A stretch of DNA of 34,962 nt from Pseudomonadota bacterium (GCA_039196385.1 JBCCUW010000001.1:1-34962); one strand, 5' to 3'; numbered from the stretch's first letter, positions 8,169 through 18,042 are shown. Notes: generated from the sequence alone by a model not told the origin. Program-made: numbers and translations.

Positions 8169-10415
8169 ATGTTTAACTATAGAGTCATAAACCGAGTCCT
8201 TATTACACTCATGATCGCGTGCGTTGGCCTGCCGGTCAAAGCTGAAATCGAAGAAGTTGTTGTCACCGCACGCAAAACCGAAGAATCCATATCCGAAAGC
8301 CCGGTGGCCGTATCTGCGCTGACCGGCGAGTTTTTTGACAGCGGTCCCATCAATACCATCGAAGAACTGGTGCGTTTTGTACCGGGTCTGGAACTGACAC
8401 CGCTGAACACTTCCCGGGCGACGGGTCCCAAGATGCGCGGCATCTCAACGTTCAGCTTCAGCGATGGCTTCGAATCCAGCGTCGCAACTGTCTTAGATGG
8501 CGTTGTGATGGGGCGCGAGGCGCAGGGCTTTTTTGACCTGTATGGCATCGAATCCGTTGAAGTCCTCAAGGGTCCACAAGGTACTCTGTTTGGCAAAAAC
8601 GCATCCGCCGGAGTGATTAACGTGCGCACACTGGCGCCCGAATTCGAAACCGGTGGCGGGGTTGATCTGATGTACGGCTCGTTCGACGAAGTTCTGGCCC
8701 GCGGCACCATTACCGGGCCCATCACTGAAGATACCCTGGCTTACCGACTGTCCGGCAGCGTCAACCAGCACGACGGTAAAATTGAAAACGTCCTGCCCGG
8801 CCAAGACGATATTAACGACAAAGATACCTGGTCACTGCGCGGTAAACTGCTGTTCACCCCCACTGACAATGTTTCTGCAACGTTGATCGCCGATTATGTC
8901 GAAGAAGACAATCGTTGTTGTTTGCCTACCTACCGGGTTATTGGTCCACCTTCCCCCGCAATTCTGTTTGCGCTGAACTCACCGGTGCTGCAGCTCAGTG
9001 ATGCGCTGGCGGCGCTGGGCATTGATGGCGGTGAGGACAACCGTGAAGTGGCTGTTTTTGACTCGAGAATTCTGCAGGAATCTGAAGCCTGGGGCACCTC
9101 GCTGCAGATCGATGTCGGCACCAGTTGGGGGGATCTGACCAGTATCACCGCCTGGCGGGAATGGGAAATCGACGAATTTAATGAGGCGGACGGTCTTTCG
9201 ACATCAGACCTGAACAACCGCAACGGCACCCGCTCGGATTCGACCCAATTCAGCCAGGAAATTCGTTTAAGCGGCCAGATTAACGAGAATATCGATTTTG
9301 TCACCGGATTGTTCTACTTCAATCAGGATCTGGACGCGTTTGGCCGGGTTGATATTGAATTCGCTATTCCGTTTCCGCCGTTTTTTAACGTGAGTACTGC
9401 GGTAGACCGCACCGTTGAAACCGAAAGTACTGCGATCTTCGGGGAATTCACCTTTCACCTGACTGACGCGTTTTCACTGATTGTTGGCGGACGCTATACC
9501 CGTGAAGATGTTGAGGCTGACTTCAGCCGCATCGCATCCCCCATTCTTGCCGGGTTTCCGTTTCAATCAAACTTCGGCCCGGATCTGGTCGGTTCACAAC
9601 AGGTGGATGACAACGACTTTTCCGGGCGCGTGATCGCCCGATATTTCTGGAACGAAGACATAATGACCTATCTCACCTGGTCGCGCGGATACAAAGGCCC
9701 GGGGATCGATGTTGCCGAAAGCGCCAACGCAGGCTTCCTGGCAGAGCCCGGTGGTTTGCCGGTGCTGGATCCGGAGATTCCGACGTTGTACGAACTGGGC
9801 GCCAAATTCAGGCTGGCTGAAGACCGCTTGGTGCTGAACACCGCCGTGTTCCACCAGACTGTTGAAGATTTGCAAGCTATCGCCACCGACCAGTTTGGTG
9901 TGGGGCGCAATCTCTCTATTGATGAGATTCTGTCCACCGGCGTGGAAATCGATCTGACCTGGACGCCCGGCATCGAAGGTCTCACCTTAACCGCCAGCCT
10001 GAGTTACCTGGATACTTACATCGAAGACTTCACCGACCGCCCGGATCTGGAAGACCAGCGTTTCCGTGACGTACCAAGATGGAACTACTCATTTACCAGC
10101 GACTACTTCTTCGGCGTCAACGATGCGTGGAACGGCTTTTTCCGCGCTGAAGTTGTGGGGCAGTCCAGCAAAAATACCAATCTGGATGACGATCCAACCG
10201 CAGACGTGGATGGTTATTCACTGGTGAATTTCCGGCTTGGCTTGATCAGCGCCGACGACCGCTACAGGATTACACTGATGGCACAGAATGTGTTTGACGA
10301 AGACTACCCCAACTTTGTGTTCGGCTCGTCTTACGCAGCCCTGGACGGTACAACAAGAGCCCAGTTCCTGGGTGACCCCGCCACCTACGCCATTCAGTTT
10401 GGTATCAATTTCTAA
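8169..10415 (+). CDS. TonB-dependent outer membrane receptor
   Basis: Signal peptide, TonB box EEVVVTARK, plug motif VEVLKGPQGTLFGKNASAGVIN, C-terminal Phe (GINF). Confidence 0.95.
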   Translation: MFNYRVINRVLITLMIACVGLPVKAEIEEVVVTARKTEESISESPVAVSALTGEFFDSGPINTIEELVRFVPGLELTPLNTSRATGPKMRGISTFSFSDGFESSVATVLDGVVMGREAQGFFDLYGIESVEVLKGPQGTLFGKNASAGVINVRTLAPEFETGGGVDLMYGSFDEVLARGTITGPITEDTLAYRLSGSVNQHDGKIENVLPGQDDINDKDTWSLRGKLLFTPTDNVSATLIADYVEEDNRCCLPTYRVIGPPSPAILFALNSPVLQLSDALAALGIDGGEDNREVAVFDSRILQESEAWGTSLQIDVGTSWGDLTSITAWREWEIDEFNEADGLSTSDLNNRNGTRSDSTQFSQEIRLSGQINENIDFVTGLFYFNQDLDAFGRVDIEFAIPFPPFFNVSTAVDRTVETESTAIFGEFTFHLTDAFSLIVGGRYTREDVEADFSRIASPILAGFPFQSNFGPDLVGSQQVDDNDFSGRVIARYFWNEDIMTYLTWSRGYKGPGIDVAESANAGFLAEPGGLPVLDPEIPTLYELGAKFRLAEDRLVLNTAVFHQTVEDLQAIATDQFGVGRNLSIDEILSTGVEIDLTWTPGIEGLTLTASLSYLDTYIEDFTDRPDLEDQRFRDVPRWNYSFTSDYFFGVNDAWNGFFRAEVVGQSSKNTNLDDDPTADVDGYSLVNFRLGLISADDRYRITLMAQNVFDEDYPNFVFGSSYAALDGTTRAQFLGDPATYAIQFGINF

Positions 10416-10427
10416 ACAGCACTTGCC

Positions 10428-10462
10428 GCCAGATCAACCCGCGTTTTTCGGGTTGGTCTGGC
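10428..10462 (+). terminator. Stem-loop after the TonB receptor
   Basis: GCCAGATCAACCCG-cgttttt-CGGGTTGGTCTGGC, a 14-bp stem with one G-U pair. Confidence 0.6.
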
Positions 10463-10539
10463 AGCCGAATCTGCGTGAGCAAAACCGGCTGATCGTGGTC
10501 TAATTCGAACAAATCTGCTGAAGCCGTCGAAATTTTGGA

Positions 10540-10565
10540 TTGGATTAATCCTCATTCGACCCCAC
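10540..10565 (+). promoter_or_regulatory. Possible sigma32 promoter of htpX
   Basis: TTGGAT-N14-CCCCAC versus the consensus TTGAA-N13/14-CCCCAT. htpX is a known sigma32 target. The match is imperfect. Confidence 0.35.
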
Positions 10566-10609
10566 TGTACGTAGATAATAGTACCGGATATGACTGAGGA
10601 CGCCTGCCC

Positions 10610-11497
10610 ATGAGAATTGCGCTGTTTCTGATGACCAACCTGGCTGTAATCGTGCTGGCGAGCCTGACGTTTCGCCTGTTGGGTTTCGAATCCATTCTGC
10701 AGAACAACGGGGTTGATCTGAACCTGAACGCCTTGTTGGTATTCTGCGCTTTATTAGGCTTCGGCGGCTCGTTTGTCTCGCTACTGCTGTCGAAGATGAT
10801 CGCTAAACGCAGCACCGGTGCGGTTGTCATCGAGCAACCACGTAATGCCACCGAACACTGGCTGGTGGATACGGTTGCTGCCCAGGCCAAGCAGGCCGGC
10901 ATCGGTATGCCGGAAGTGGCCATATTCGACTCGCCACAGCCCAATGCTTTTGCCACCGGCGCCAACAAAAACAACGCGCTCGTTGCCGTGAGCACCGGGC
11001 TGCTACAGAACATGAGTCAGGCTGAAGTGGAGGCTGTCCTGGGCCATGAAGTCGGTCACGTGGCCAACGGCGACATGGTGACACTCACATTGATCCAGGG
11101 GGTAGTAAACACCTTTGTGATGTTCCTGGCCCGGCTGATCGGCTTTTTTGTCGACCGCGTTGTGCTGCGCAACGAGCGTGGCCTGGGAATAGGCTATTAC
11201 CTGACCTCGATTGTGGCCGAAATTGTCCTCGGCATTCTGGCCACCATGGTGGTCATGTGGTTTTCACGCCGCCGGGAATTTCGCGCAGACACAGCGGGGG
11301 CGGCCCTGGCCGGACGTGGCAACATGATTGCCGCTCTCCAACGCCTGCAGGGACATTCCAAACAGCCCGATCAGATGCCGGAATCCATGGCCGCCTTTGG
11401 CATCAGCGCGGGTCAGCGTGAGGGATTAAAAGCCCTGTTTATGTCACACCCGCCGCTGGAAGAGCGCATCGCCGCATTGCAGGCGGCGTCGTCCTGA
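10610..11497 (+). CDS. htpX: Protease HtpX (M48 zinc metalloprotease)
   Basis: Motifs [25 protein letters not shown] (HExxH), [15 protein letters not shown] and SHPPLEERI. Confidence 0.97.
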   Translation: MRIALFLMTNLAVIVLASLTFRLLGFESILQNNGVDLNLNALLVFCALLGFGGSFVSLLLSKMIAKRSTGAVVIEQPRNATEHWLVDTVAAQAKQAGIGMPEVAIFDSPQPNAFATGANKNNALVAVSTGLLQNMSQAEVEAVLGHEVGHVANGDMVTLTLIQGVVNTFVMFLARLIGFFVDRVVLRNERGLGIGYYLTSIVAEIVLGILATMVVMWFSRRREFRADTAGAALAGRGNMIAALQRLQGHSKQPDQMPESMAAFGISAGQREGLKALFMSHPPLEERIAALQAASS

Positions 11498-11560
11498 CGA
11501 CGGGCAACTTGATTGTTAAGATGCCCGGATACGCACCGGGACACGATCGAGGACACAAAC

Positions 11561-11899
11561 ATGTATATCTACGCTGAACTATGGAAACCGAAACCCTCCT
11601 GGCTAGCGCTGCCCTCAGGCGAGCGCCAGCAGTTTGCTGACGGCATCGGTCCGGCTATCGCGGCATTTGCCGCCAGTGGCATCGAACTGATCGGCTTCGC
11701 CTTCAACGATGACGATACGCTGTGTCGAGGCGACTACGCCTATATCGCGTTGTGGCAGATGCCGTCAAAAGAAGCGGCGTTGGAACTGGAAAACGGCGTT
11801 GCCGATTACGGCTTTCATGATTACTTTGAACAGATCAACGCACGCGGCGAAATTGTCGCCCCCGATGCGGTGCTGGCAGCTATGGTGGCCGCCAGCTGA
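11561..11899 (+). CDS. Small alpha/beta protein, DUF6616-like
   Basis: GAGG SD before ATG 11561. MYIYAELWKPKPSWLAL ... GFHDYFEQINARG recalls the DUF6616 family. Confidence 0.6.
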   Translation: MYIYAELWKPKPSWLALPSGERQQFADGIGPAIAAFAASGIELIGFAFNDDDTLCRGDYAYIALWQMPSKEAALELENGVADYGFHDYFEQINARGEIVAPDAVLAAMVAAS

Positions 11900-11915
11900 A
11901 AGCATGCCGCGGCAC

Positions 11916-12680
11916 CTAGCCTTTCTTAATGGATACGCCGCCATCCACCAACATCGATGTGCCGGTCATAAACGAGGCGCTGTCTGAAAGCAGAAACAGC
12001 GCCGGCTCCGCGATCTCATCCGGGTCGGCAATTCTCTGCAACGCATGCAGATGGACCACCGCGTCTTTTGCCTCAGGTGTGGGTGCAGACTGGTGGGCCA
12101 TCGGCGTGTTTACACCCCCTGCGGTAATTGCATTCACACGGATACCCGCCGTAGCCCCCTCGACGGCCAGCACCTTAACCAGACCGTCTAAACCAGCCTT
12201 GCTTGCCGCATAAGCTGACATACCGGGTAATCCCGCGGTGCAACCCACAAACGAACCCGTATAGACAATGGAGCCGCCTCCGTTGATGCGCATCTGAGGA
12301 ATCTGTGCTTGCGCAGCAGTAAATGCTGCAGTCAAATTGATATGGATAGTATTTGTCCACTCCGCAAGGGTTGTCAATTCAGTCTGGGTGGACGGTCCGA
12401 GCACCCCGGCATTGTTAAATGCACCGTCCAGTCGCCCAAAGTGCTCTACGGCAGTATTCACAAGAGTCTGCTGCAACGTTTCGTCACGTACATCGCCGGC
12501 TACTGACATCATGGTTCCGCTGGCCGCCGAACACTCATCGCAAAGCGTTTCCAACTCCTGAGTGCGCCTGGCACTCGCCACCACGTTGGCGCCCTGCTCT
12601 ACAAGCTTCTTTGCGGCAGCGCGGCCAACACCGGAACTTGCTCCCGTGACTATCACCACCTTACCCTGCAGGTCTATCAA
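11916..12680 (-). CDS. Short-chain dehydrogenase/reductase (SDR)
   Basis: Motifs TGASSGVG, NNAG, YAASK, GIRVNAI and VDGG. AAGGAG SD before the TTG start. Confidence 0.93.
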   Translation of the reverse strand: MIDLQGKVVIVTGASSGVGRAAAKKLVEQGANVVASARRTQELETLCDECSAASGTMMSVAGDVRDETLQQTLVNTAVEHFGRLDGAFNNAGVLGPSTQTELTTLAEWTNTIHINLTAAFTAAQAQIPQMRINGGGSIVYTGSFVGCTAGLPGMSAYAASKAGLDGLVKVLAVEGATAGIRVNAITAGGVNTPMAHQSAPTPEAKDAVVHLHALQRIADPDEIAEPALFLLSDSASFMTGTSMLVDGGVSIKKG

Positions 12681-12766
12681 TGCTGTTTCTCCTTACGCTT
12701 CTGGAAGAAAGATTGTTGAACAGCAACCCGTGCGATACCTGCCAATATGCGACGCACATCCAAACT

Positions 12767-12805
12767 GCCACTGACATAGGGGTGTCAGTAGCTCAACTGT
12801 AAACT
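12767..12805 (+). promoter_or_regulatory. Palindrome plus -10 box (WYL-activator-like promoter), copy 1
   Basis: GCCACTGACA-tagggg-TGTCAGTAGC. TAAACT (12800-12805) lies 11 nt after TGTCAG. Confidence 0.65.
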
Positions 12806-12835
12806 TCCGGTGAACTCCATGCTCAGGACTAAAAA

Positions 12836-13291
12836 ATGCTGGACTGGCACTCGTTTCGAAACTCCAGCCCTGCGATCGCCACCGCAGCGGAGCGCCTGTT
12901 AGCGACAAACGAAGTAGCGTTTCTCGCAACCGTTTCAAGCACGGGCCGACCACGCCTGCACCCCTTTGTACCCAAGTTGGTTGAGGCAAAGTTGGTGGCA
13001 TTTATCATGGACAGCTCACCTAAATACAAGGATCTGCTGGACCGTCAGCAATATTCCATTCATACACTGCCGGGAGAGGAAGACGAAGAATGTTTGGTGA
13101 GCGGCTGCGCAAGCTTGTGTAACGATGATAAAAAGTTGCGTACCGCTGCAGCCCACGCCATGGGGTTTGCGACTGGCGTAGACAGCCATCACATCTTGTT
13201 TGAGTTCAAGTTAGACCGCGCGCTCTGGACCCGCTGGCTGGATTTTGGCACGCCGGATCACCGTCCCTACCGCATCAAGTGGACATTATGA
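12836..13291 (+). CDS. Pyridoxamine 5'-phosphate oxidase-like (split barrel) protein
   Basis: Motifs AFLATVSSTGRPRLHP and SPKYKDL, typical of the FMN-binding split barrel. Confidence 0.8.
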   Translation: MLDWHSFRNSSPAIATAAERLLATNEVAFLATVSSTGRPRLHPFVPKLVEAKLVAFIMDSSPKYKDLLDRQQYSIHTLPGEEDEECLVSGCASLCNDDKKLRTAAAHAMGFATGVDSHHILFEFKLDRALWTRWLDFGTPDHRPYRIKWTL

Positions 13292-13307
13292 ACGCAATCG
13301 CTGAAGC

Positions 13308-13874
13308 CTATTGCGGTTTCGCCATCGCTCTTTCCAGCGCAGTGCGCGCGGTGCAGGCAGAAAACCACACATTCAGATGCTCATCTTCACGCACAATTTT
13401 GCGGTACTGGGGGCGTAACAGAAGGCAGGCCGTGTTCAGATCCACCACCGTAAAACGATCACCAAACATGTAGGCTTGTTCGCCCAACACCCGGCGTAAC
13501 ACATTCAACGACCGATGTAGTCTGGCCGAGTCAATCTTTGTCTGGGTACGATTTGCTGCATCATGGGGGCCTTCCAACTCACCCATTCCCCAGGCAAGCC
13601 ATTGCACCGCAAGGGATTCGTTAAGGCTGCCGGTTACCCACAACTGTTGCGCATGATGACGCGCTATATGGTAATTGATGGCCAGGGATTCAAACAGCAC
13701 CTGTTCGCCGTCAACCAGCACAGGGATCTTGCCGTTAGGATTAATGGCCAGAAATTCGGTGGTGTGGGATTCGCCGGTCGACCAGTCTGTTAACACATGC
13801 TGGTAGTCAATACCCGCCTCTTCAAGCATCCACAAACAACGAAACGCACGCCCGCCTTTGCCGTAAAGTATCAT
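13308..13874 (-). CDS. Glutathione S-transferase
   Basis: Motifs WMLEEAGIDY, INPNGKIPVL, LFESLAI and GDRFTVVD. Confidence 0.92.
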   Translation of the reverse strand: MILYGKGGRAFRCLWMLEEAGIDYQHVLTDWSTGESHTTEFLAINPNGKIPVLVDGEQVLFESLAINYHIARHHAQQLWVTGSLNESLAVQWLAWGMGELEGPHDAANRTQTKIDSARLHRSLNVLRRVLGEQAYMFGDRFTVVDLNTACLLLRPQYRKIVREDEHLNVWFSACTARTALERAMAKPQ

Positions 13875-13962
13875 AGTGAAATTGCCCTCCGCGCTGGTTG
13901 CAGCTTAACAAAACGGCTAACAAAACGCCGCAGAGGCTAGGAAAAGCATTTTATCTGCATTT

Positions 13963-14529
13963 CTAGCCCGTGCGTGGCTCAAGCCTGAAAAACCAGATAT
14001 CTTCCGTATTGGTTTGGACCGGGCCCAGCTCAAAAGCCTGCGCGGCAGCCTGACTGACATGGTCACGAAACACATCCAACAGCTTGTCGTCATGCACCCG
14101 GACGGCTTGCAACCGATAGCGTTTGCCTTGCTTGCGCACAATCACCCTATTGTCCTGCTCAACCTGTAGATGCCAGTCCTTAAACAGCCAGATGGTATGC
14201 AGCAACAAGCGGGTCACACCAGGCGGCATACGCCGCCAGACAAAACCCAGATCACAAGGCACATAAAGCTGTCCCTCATGGACAAACGCCCCGGTAACTC
14301 GCGACGTTTCAGCAGCCTCTACCTCCAGCGCAATTTCAGCCACCGGTTGGTTACCAAGTACTTCGTTCCAGTTCACGGTTGACGCATCAGCCAACTCACC
14401 GGAAACCAACGAACCACCGGGTAGCGGACCTTTCGGCCCGTCAGAAAACCGCGCCCATGTCAGCAGACCTGCGACCAGAACAAAAATCAGTGCCAGTATT
14501 CCGCCGACGATCAAACCAAGCAGTTTCAT
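13963..14529 (-). CDS. Membrane-anchored hypothetical protein (possible split-barrel domain)
   Basis: N-terminal TM helix, DGPKGPLPGG motif, C-terminal WFFRLEPR. ATGA overlap with the upstream TetR. Confidence 0.65.
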   Translation of the reverse strand: MKLLGLIVGGILALIFVLVAGLLTWARFSDGPKGPLPGGSLVSGELADASTVNWNEVLGNQPVAEIALEVEAAETSRVTGAFVHEGQLYVPCDLGFVWRRMPPGVTRLLLHTIWLFKDWHLQVEQDNRVIVRKQGKRYRLQAVRVHDDKLLDVFRDHVSQAAAQAFELGPVQTNTEDIWFFRLEPRTG

Positions 14530-15185
14530 GTCTCCTCCAGATACTTTTCCAAGCCATCGAGAATCATTGTGAGCACAAATTCAAATTCACCATCCGATTC
14601 AGGGTGGTCCTGGTGATACTTCACGTGCTCAAAAAAGTAAGGGATTGCTGCCGGGTCCGCCTGGGCCAGGAAATTGCCCGCGGCCTCCTTCATCGCTTGC
14701 GGATTACGGGGCAACTCCAGCGCCTGGATCGCAAAGCCGATTGTGTGCATGGTGACCGCGTGGTAGCCCTTGCACGCCACCGCTACCGAAAAACCTGCTT
14801 CCCGCAGCACCCTTAAAATGGACTCCTGGTGGGCTAACTTCGCGGGGCTGGCACAGACTGTCCAGAGTGAACTCACCCAGGCATGGCGATAAAAACTCTT
14901 CATCGCAGAAGTGGCTATTTCCGTAATCGCATCACGCCAGGGCAGTTCATTCTCCGGGATCACTAATTCTGCAGCCACGCTGTCAACCATGCCGTCCAAC
15001 AGCTCATCCTTGTTCTTGATGTAGGTATAGAGCGTCATGACCGGAGATCCCAGCTCTTTGGCTAAGTTGCGCATGTTGAGCTTTTCGATGCCGTGGGCAT
15101 CTGCATACCGGATCGCCACCTCGAGTATTCGAGCGCGGTCCAAACCGCCGCCGGATCTTTTTTTCTTGGCCATCACTACACCCAT
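14526..15185 (-). CDS. TetR-family regulator with TetR_C-type domain
   Basis: LDRARILEVAIRYADAHGIEKLNMRNLAKELGSPVMTLYTYIKNKDELL and FEFVLTMILDGL. Start could be 15185 or 15173. Confidence 0.9.
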   Translation of the reverse strand: MGVVMAKKKRSGGGLDRARILEVAIRYADAHGIEKLNMRNLAKELGSPVMTLYTYIKNKDELLDGMVDSVAAELVIPENELPWRDAITEIATSAMKSFYRHAWVSSLWTVCASPAKLAHQESILRVLREAGFSVAVACKGYHAVTMHTIGFAIQALELPRNPQAMKEAAGNFLAQADPAAIPYFFEHVKYHQDHPESDGEFEFVLTMILDGLEKYLEET

Positions 15186-15187
15186 GC

Positions 15188-15230
15188 CGTACTTAGTACG
15201 AAATATCTCGTACTAAGTACGAAATGTCAA
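15188..15230 (-). promoter_or_regulatory. Tandem TetR operators overlapping the gene's own promoter
   Basis: CGTACTTAGTACG (15188-15200) and CGTACTAAGTACG (15209-15221). Minus-strand TTGACA-N17-GATATT. Confidence 0.8.
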
Positions 15231-15267
15231 CTAAAGAAAGTCAACTAAAGAATGTCAACTGAGGAAA
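15226..15267. repeat. 14-bp tandem repeat GTCAACTAAAGAAW x3
   Basis: gtcaactaaagaaa / gtcaactaaagaat / gtcaactgaggaaa. Confidence 0.85.
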
Positions 15268-15364
15268 GTTAAGAATGAAGCGTCAGCGCCAGAATTATCC
15301 GCTCGCTCTTGACGGGAAATAAAAGTCCGTGTGGTATGCGCTTAACAACGCCAGGAGAAGACCA

Positions 15365-15697
15365 ATGCCGGAGAAAAAATCAGACGACTACTACGTTGAC
15401 CTGCCTGAAGGCATCAGCAAGCGTGAGATGATGCACCTGGTCGAACGGGCAGCAGATCGAGCGGGGCTGTACATTTCACATATCGGCGGTTACTCGCGCA
15501 CAAAATATCCAAATTCCGTACATTGGCATTTCAAACGGGATCCCAAAGAACCTGGCCTGCTCGACGCCACATTCTGGGATGTGAAGTCTCTATTCTGGCT
15601 GATGATTCGACATCGTGAACCGCAATGGGTGAAAGACATGGTACCGAAGCTACTCAATGCATTGCGCGCAGAGGTGAAGCAAGTTGCTAACAGATAG
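15365..15697 (+). CDS. Hypothetical protein
   Basis: AGGAG SD before ATG 15365. About 110 aa. No family recognised. Confidence 0.65.
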   Translation: MPEKKSDDYYVDLPEGISKREMMHLVERAADRAGLYISHIGGYSRTKYPNSVHWHFKRDPKEPGLLDATFWDVKSLFWLMIRHREPQWVKDMVPKLLNALRAEVKQVANR

Positions 15698-15722
15698 ACC
15701 ATCCCGCAGCGAGGACTTAAGT

Positions 15723-16109
15723 ATGGAGAGGAATTTGCAGTTATTGCTCAAACAACTCTATCCCGACTTTAACGCACGCAATATCGAGCGGATCATGCCG
15801 CACTTTGATCTGGCGGCGAACTGGCCAAACGGTATGACCGGCGGCCGCGAGATTGGGCATGACGCAATCAGGCAATACTGGGTCGAGCAATGGCAAGTCA
15901 TCAACTCGCAGGTCACACCGAAAGCTTATTGTGCTGGGCCCGATCGCATCGCGTTGCGGGTCCACCAGGTGATCAAAGATCTACACAACAACCTGATGTC
16001 AGACAGCTTTGTATACCACACGTATCAGTTTACGGACCATAAAGTCAGTCGAATGGATATCAGCGAAACAGCACCGCAATTGGACAATAGCGAATGGCAG
16101 GAAATATGA
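15723..16109 (+). CDS. NTF2/SnoaL-like protein
   Basis: Motifs LYPDFNARNIE, WPNGMTGG..GHDAIRQYW..QW and VHQVIKDL ... V.H.Y.F....RMDI. Confidence 0.85.
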   Translation: MERNLQLLLKQLYPDFNARNIERIMPHFDLAANWPNGMTGGREIGHDAIRQYWVEQWQVINSQVTPKAYCAGPDRIALRVHQVIKDLHNNLMSDSFVYHTYQFTDHKVSRMDISETAPQLDNSEWQEI

Positions 16110-16119
16110 GGAGCTTGGT

Positions 16120-16566
16120 TTGATCGTTCGAGAGGCCATCGCAGAAGACTTTGCACGCATCATGGAACTCTACGCGCAATTGCACCCGGAAGACCCTGTG
16201 ATCCAGGACGGTTCAGACAGGCGTATCTACGCTGATATTCTGGCCAACCCGAACCTGCACGTATTTGTGCTACAGGCCGCAGATGGCGCACTGAATGCAA
16301 CGTGTTATCTCAATTTTATCCCTAATCTCACACGCAAGGGTTCGCCCTACTGTGTGATCGAAAATGTTGTCACCGAAGCCAGTCTGCGCAATCAGGGCCT
16401 CGGCAAAAAACTGCTGCTGCAGGTCCTGCAATTTGCCTGGAACAAGGGCTGCTACAAGGTCATGCTGCAAACCGGATCCAGGCAGGCATCGACCCACAAC
16501 TTTTATAAATCATGTGGTTTCAGCGCAGACGACAAATTTGCCTTTGTGGCCCGCCCGCCTGAGTAA
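16120..16566 (+). CDS. GNAT N-acetyltransferase
   Basis: Motifs IPNLTR, IENVVT..LRNQGLGK (acetyl-CoA binding), GCYKVML and FYKSCGF. GAGGAG SD before TTG 16120. Confidence 0.9.
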   Translation: MIVREAIAEDFARIMELYAQLHPEDPVIQDGSDRRIYADILANPNLHVFVLQAADGALNATCYLNFIPNLTRKGSPYCVIENVVTEASLRNQGLGKKLLLQVLQFAWNKGCYKVMLQTGSRQASTHNFYKSCGFSADDKFAFVARPPE

Positions 16567-16612
16567 CGACGGCCCGATTAACATCAAATCGCCAACGTCT
16601 GCTTGCACCCGC

Positions 16613-17005
16613 TTATGCCTGAGCGCGGCGCCAACGCCAGATCAACAACGCCGTGGCCCCCACCACAACGGCGATCAAAACATGTCGGACCACAGTGCCG
16701 GTGCTCGCACCGGCGTTCACCGTCAGCAGGACATCACCCAAGGGCATGACTAATGCGGCCACCGCTGTCCACTGCACAGCGCGCAGGTCTTTCTGCCAGA
16801 GAAACAAACCCACCAGCAAAGCGATAAACAGCGCCCGCAATCCATACACGTGGACAAAGCCTATATCCTGAACGTCAACTAGCGGCAGGCCAAGATACGC
16901 CGCAAAACCCACCGGGTCGGTAAACGCGCGAAACGCGTTCAGTGCCTGCGAAAGGGCCATCAGCAGAGCCAGCCAGAATCCGGTACTTGTGTAAATGCGT
17001 TGCAT
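16613..17005 (-). CDS. DUF4267-like membrane protein
   Basis: Four TM helices. Motifs P..FAAYLGLP, YGLR, MPLGD and H. Divergent from the LysR gene. Confidence 0.75.
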   Translation of the reverse strand: MQRIYTSTGFWLALLMALSQALNAFRAFTDPVGFAAYLGLPLVDVQDIGFVHVYGLRALFIALLVGLFLWQKDLRAVQWTAVAALVMPLGDVLLTVNAGASTGTVVRHVLIAVVVGATALLIWRWRRAQA

Positions 17006-17085
17006 AAGATTCCCCATCTATGAAAATCCAGCATAGGGCAGCCGCAGAATGATAAGGTGTCCGCATGAGTGCACAAAAGTCATCT

Positions 17086-18006
17086 ATGCAATCCAAGTTG
17101 CCGCTGACGGCAGCGCGTGTATTTGTGGCAGCCGCCCAGTCCGGCAGTTTCAGGGATGCGGCAAGCCTGCTGGGCTTATCGCCTTCCGCAATCAGCCGGC
17201 ATGTGAAGCGCCTGGAAAACTGGCTTGGCGAGCCATTGTTCGAACGCGGTGTTCGACACGTGAGGTTGCTGCCGGCAGGACAAGACCTGGCCACACAACT
17301 GAGTGATGCCTTTCAGCAGATCGAAACAGTGTTACAGCCGCTGGCCCGGACGGATCCCCAACATATTCGTTTAACTGCACTCCCCTTTTTTGTCAGTCAT
17401 TGGTTGCTCGATCAACTGGAAGACTTACCGACTTCAATCTCGCTATCTATTGATACCTCTCAACAAATGATGGATCTTGATCGCCATAAGTTCGACGTTG
17501 CTTTGCGCAACCTGCACAAGCCACCGGTGGGTCTGTGGAACATCAAACTGTTGGATCTCAGACTGGTACCGGTGTGCAGTTCAACGATGGCCAGAACGTT
17601 GCGAGCGCCCGCAGATCTGCTGGATGTACCGCTGATTCACTTAACTGCTCGGCCCGGTGGATGGCAGCGCTGGTTCGAAAAACACAACTTAAGCCTGCCG
17701 GATAAACCGCCTTCGCTCGAGTTGGACACGCTCCCCGCGGTGCTGGAGGCAGCAGCAAGTGGTCAGGGCGTGGCGCTTGGCCTGTCACCCATCATCTGGG
17801 CTAAGCCTGATGCGCACAAACTGTGCGTGCCATTCCCAAGCCAGCCGGTTGAAGCAGGTTCGTACTATCTGGTGATGCGCCAGGAAGACACCGTACGGCC
17901 GGCTCTGAAGCTGTTTTCTCAGTGGATCAAGCAACGCCTGTTAACCCAGCGCAACACCATGCTGCAGCGTGAAGCTGCTGCCATCAGGAATGCGCCAAAT
18001 CGCTGA
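17086..18006 (+). CDS. LysR-family regulator (GcvA-like)
   Basis: LPLTAARVFVAAAQSGSFRDAA..LGLSPSAISRHVKRLENWLGEPLFER and AAASGQGVAL. Start could be 17065 or 17086. Confidence 0.93.
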   Translation: MQSKLPLTAARVFVAAAQSGSFRDAASLLGLSPSAISRHVKRLENWLGEPLFERGVRHVRLLPAGQDLATQLSDAFQQIETVLQPLARTDPQHIRLTALPFFVSHWLLDQLEDLPTSISLSIDTSQQMMDLDRHKFDVALRNLHKPPVGLWNIKLLDLRLVPVCSSTMARTLRAPADLLDVPLIHLTARPGGWQRWFEKHNLSLPDKPPSLELDTLPAVLEAAASGQGVALGLSPIIWAKPDAHKLCVPFPSQPVEAGSYYLVMRQEDTVRPALKLFSQWIKQRLLTQRNTMLQREAAAIRNAPNR

Positions 18007-18042
18007 ACTCTTACTGCTGACACAACACCCGGACACAATGCC

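Noticed and set aside
8177-9985. Long antisense ORFs inside the TonB receptor (e.g. 8177-8725, 8930-9304)
   Set aside because: They are shadow frames of a strongly supported gene and show no motifs or SD.
15188-15267. Repeats considered as a mini-CRISPR or IS end
   Set aside because: Units are 13-14 bp without unique spacers, and there is no cas or transposase gene. TetR operators and a tandem duplication explain them better.
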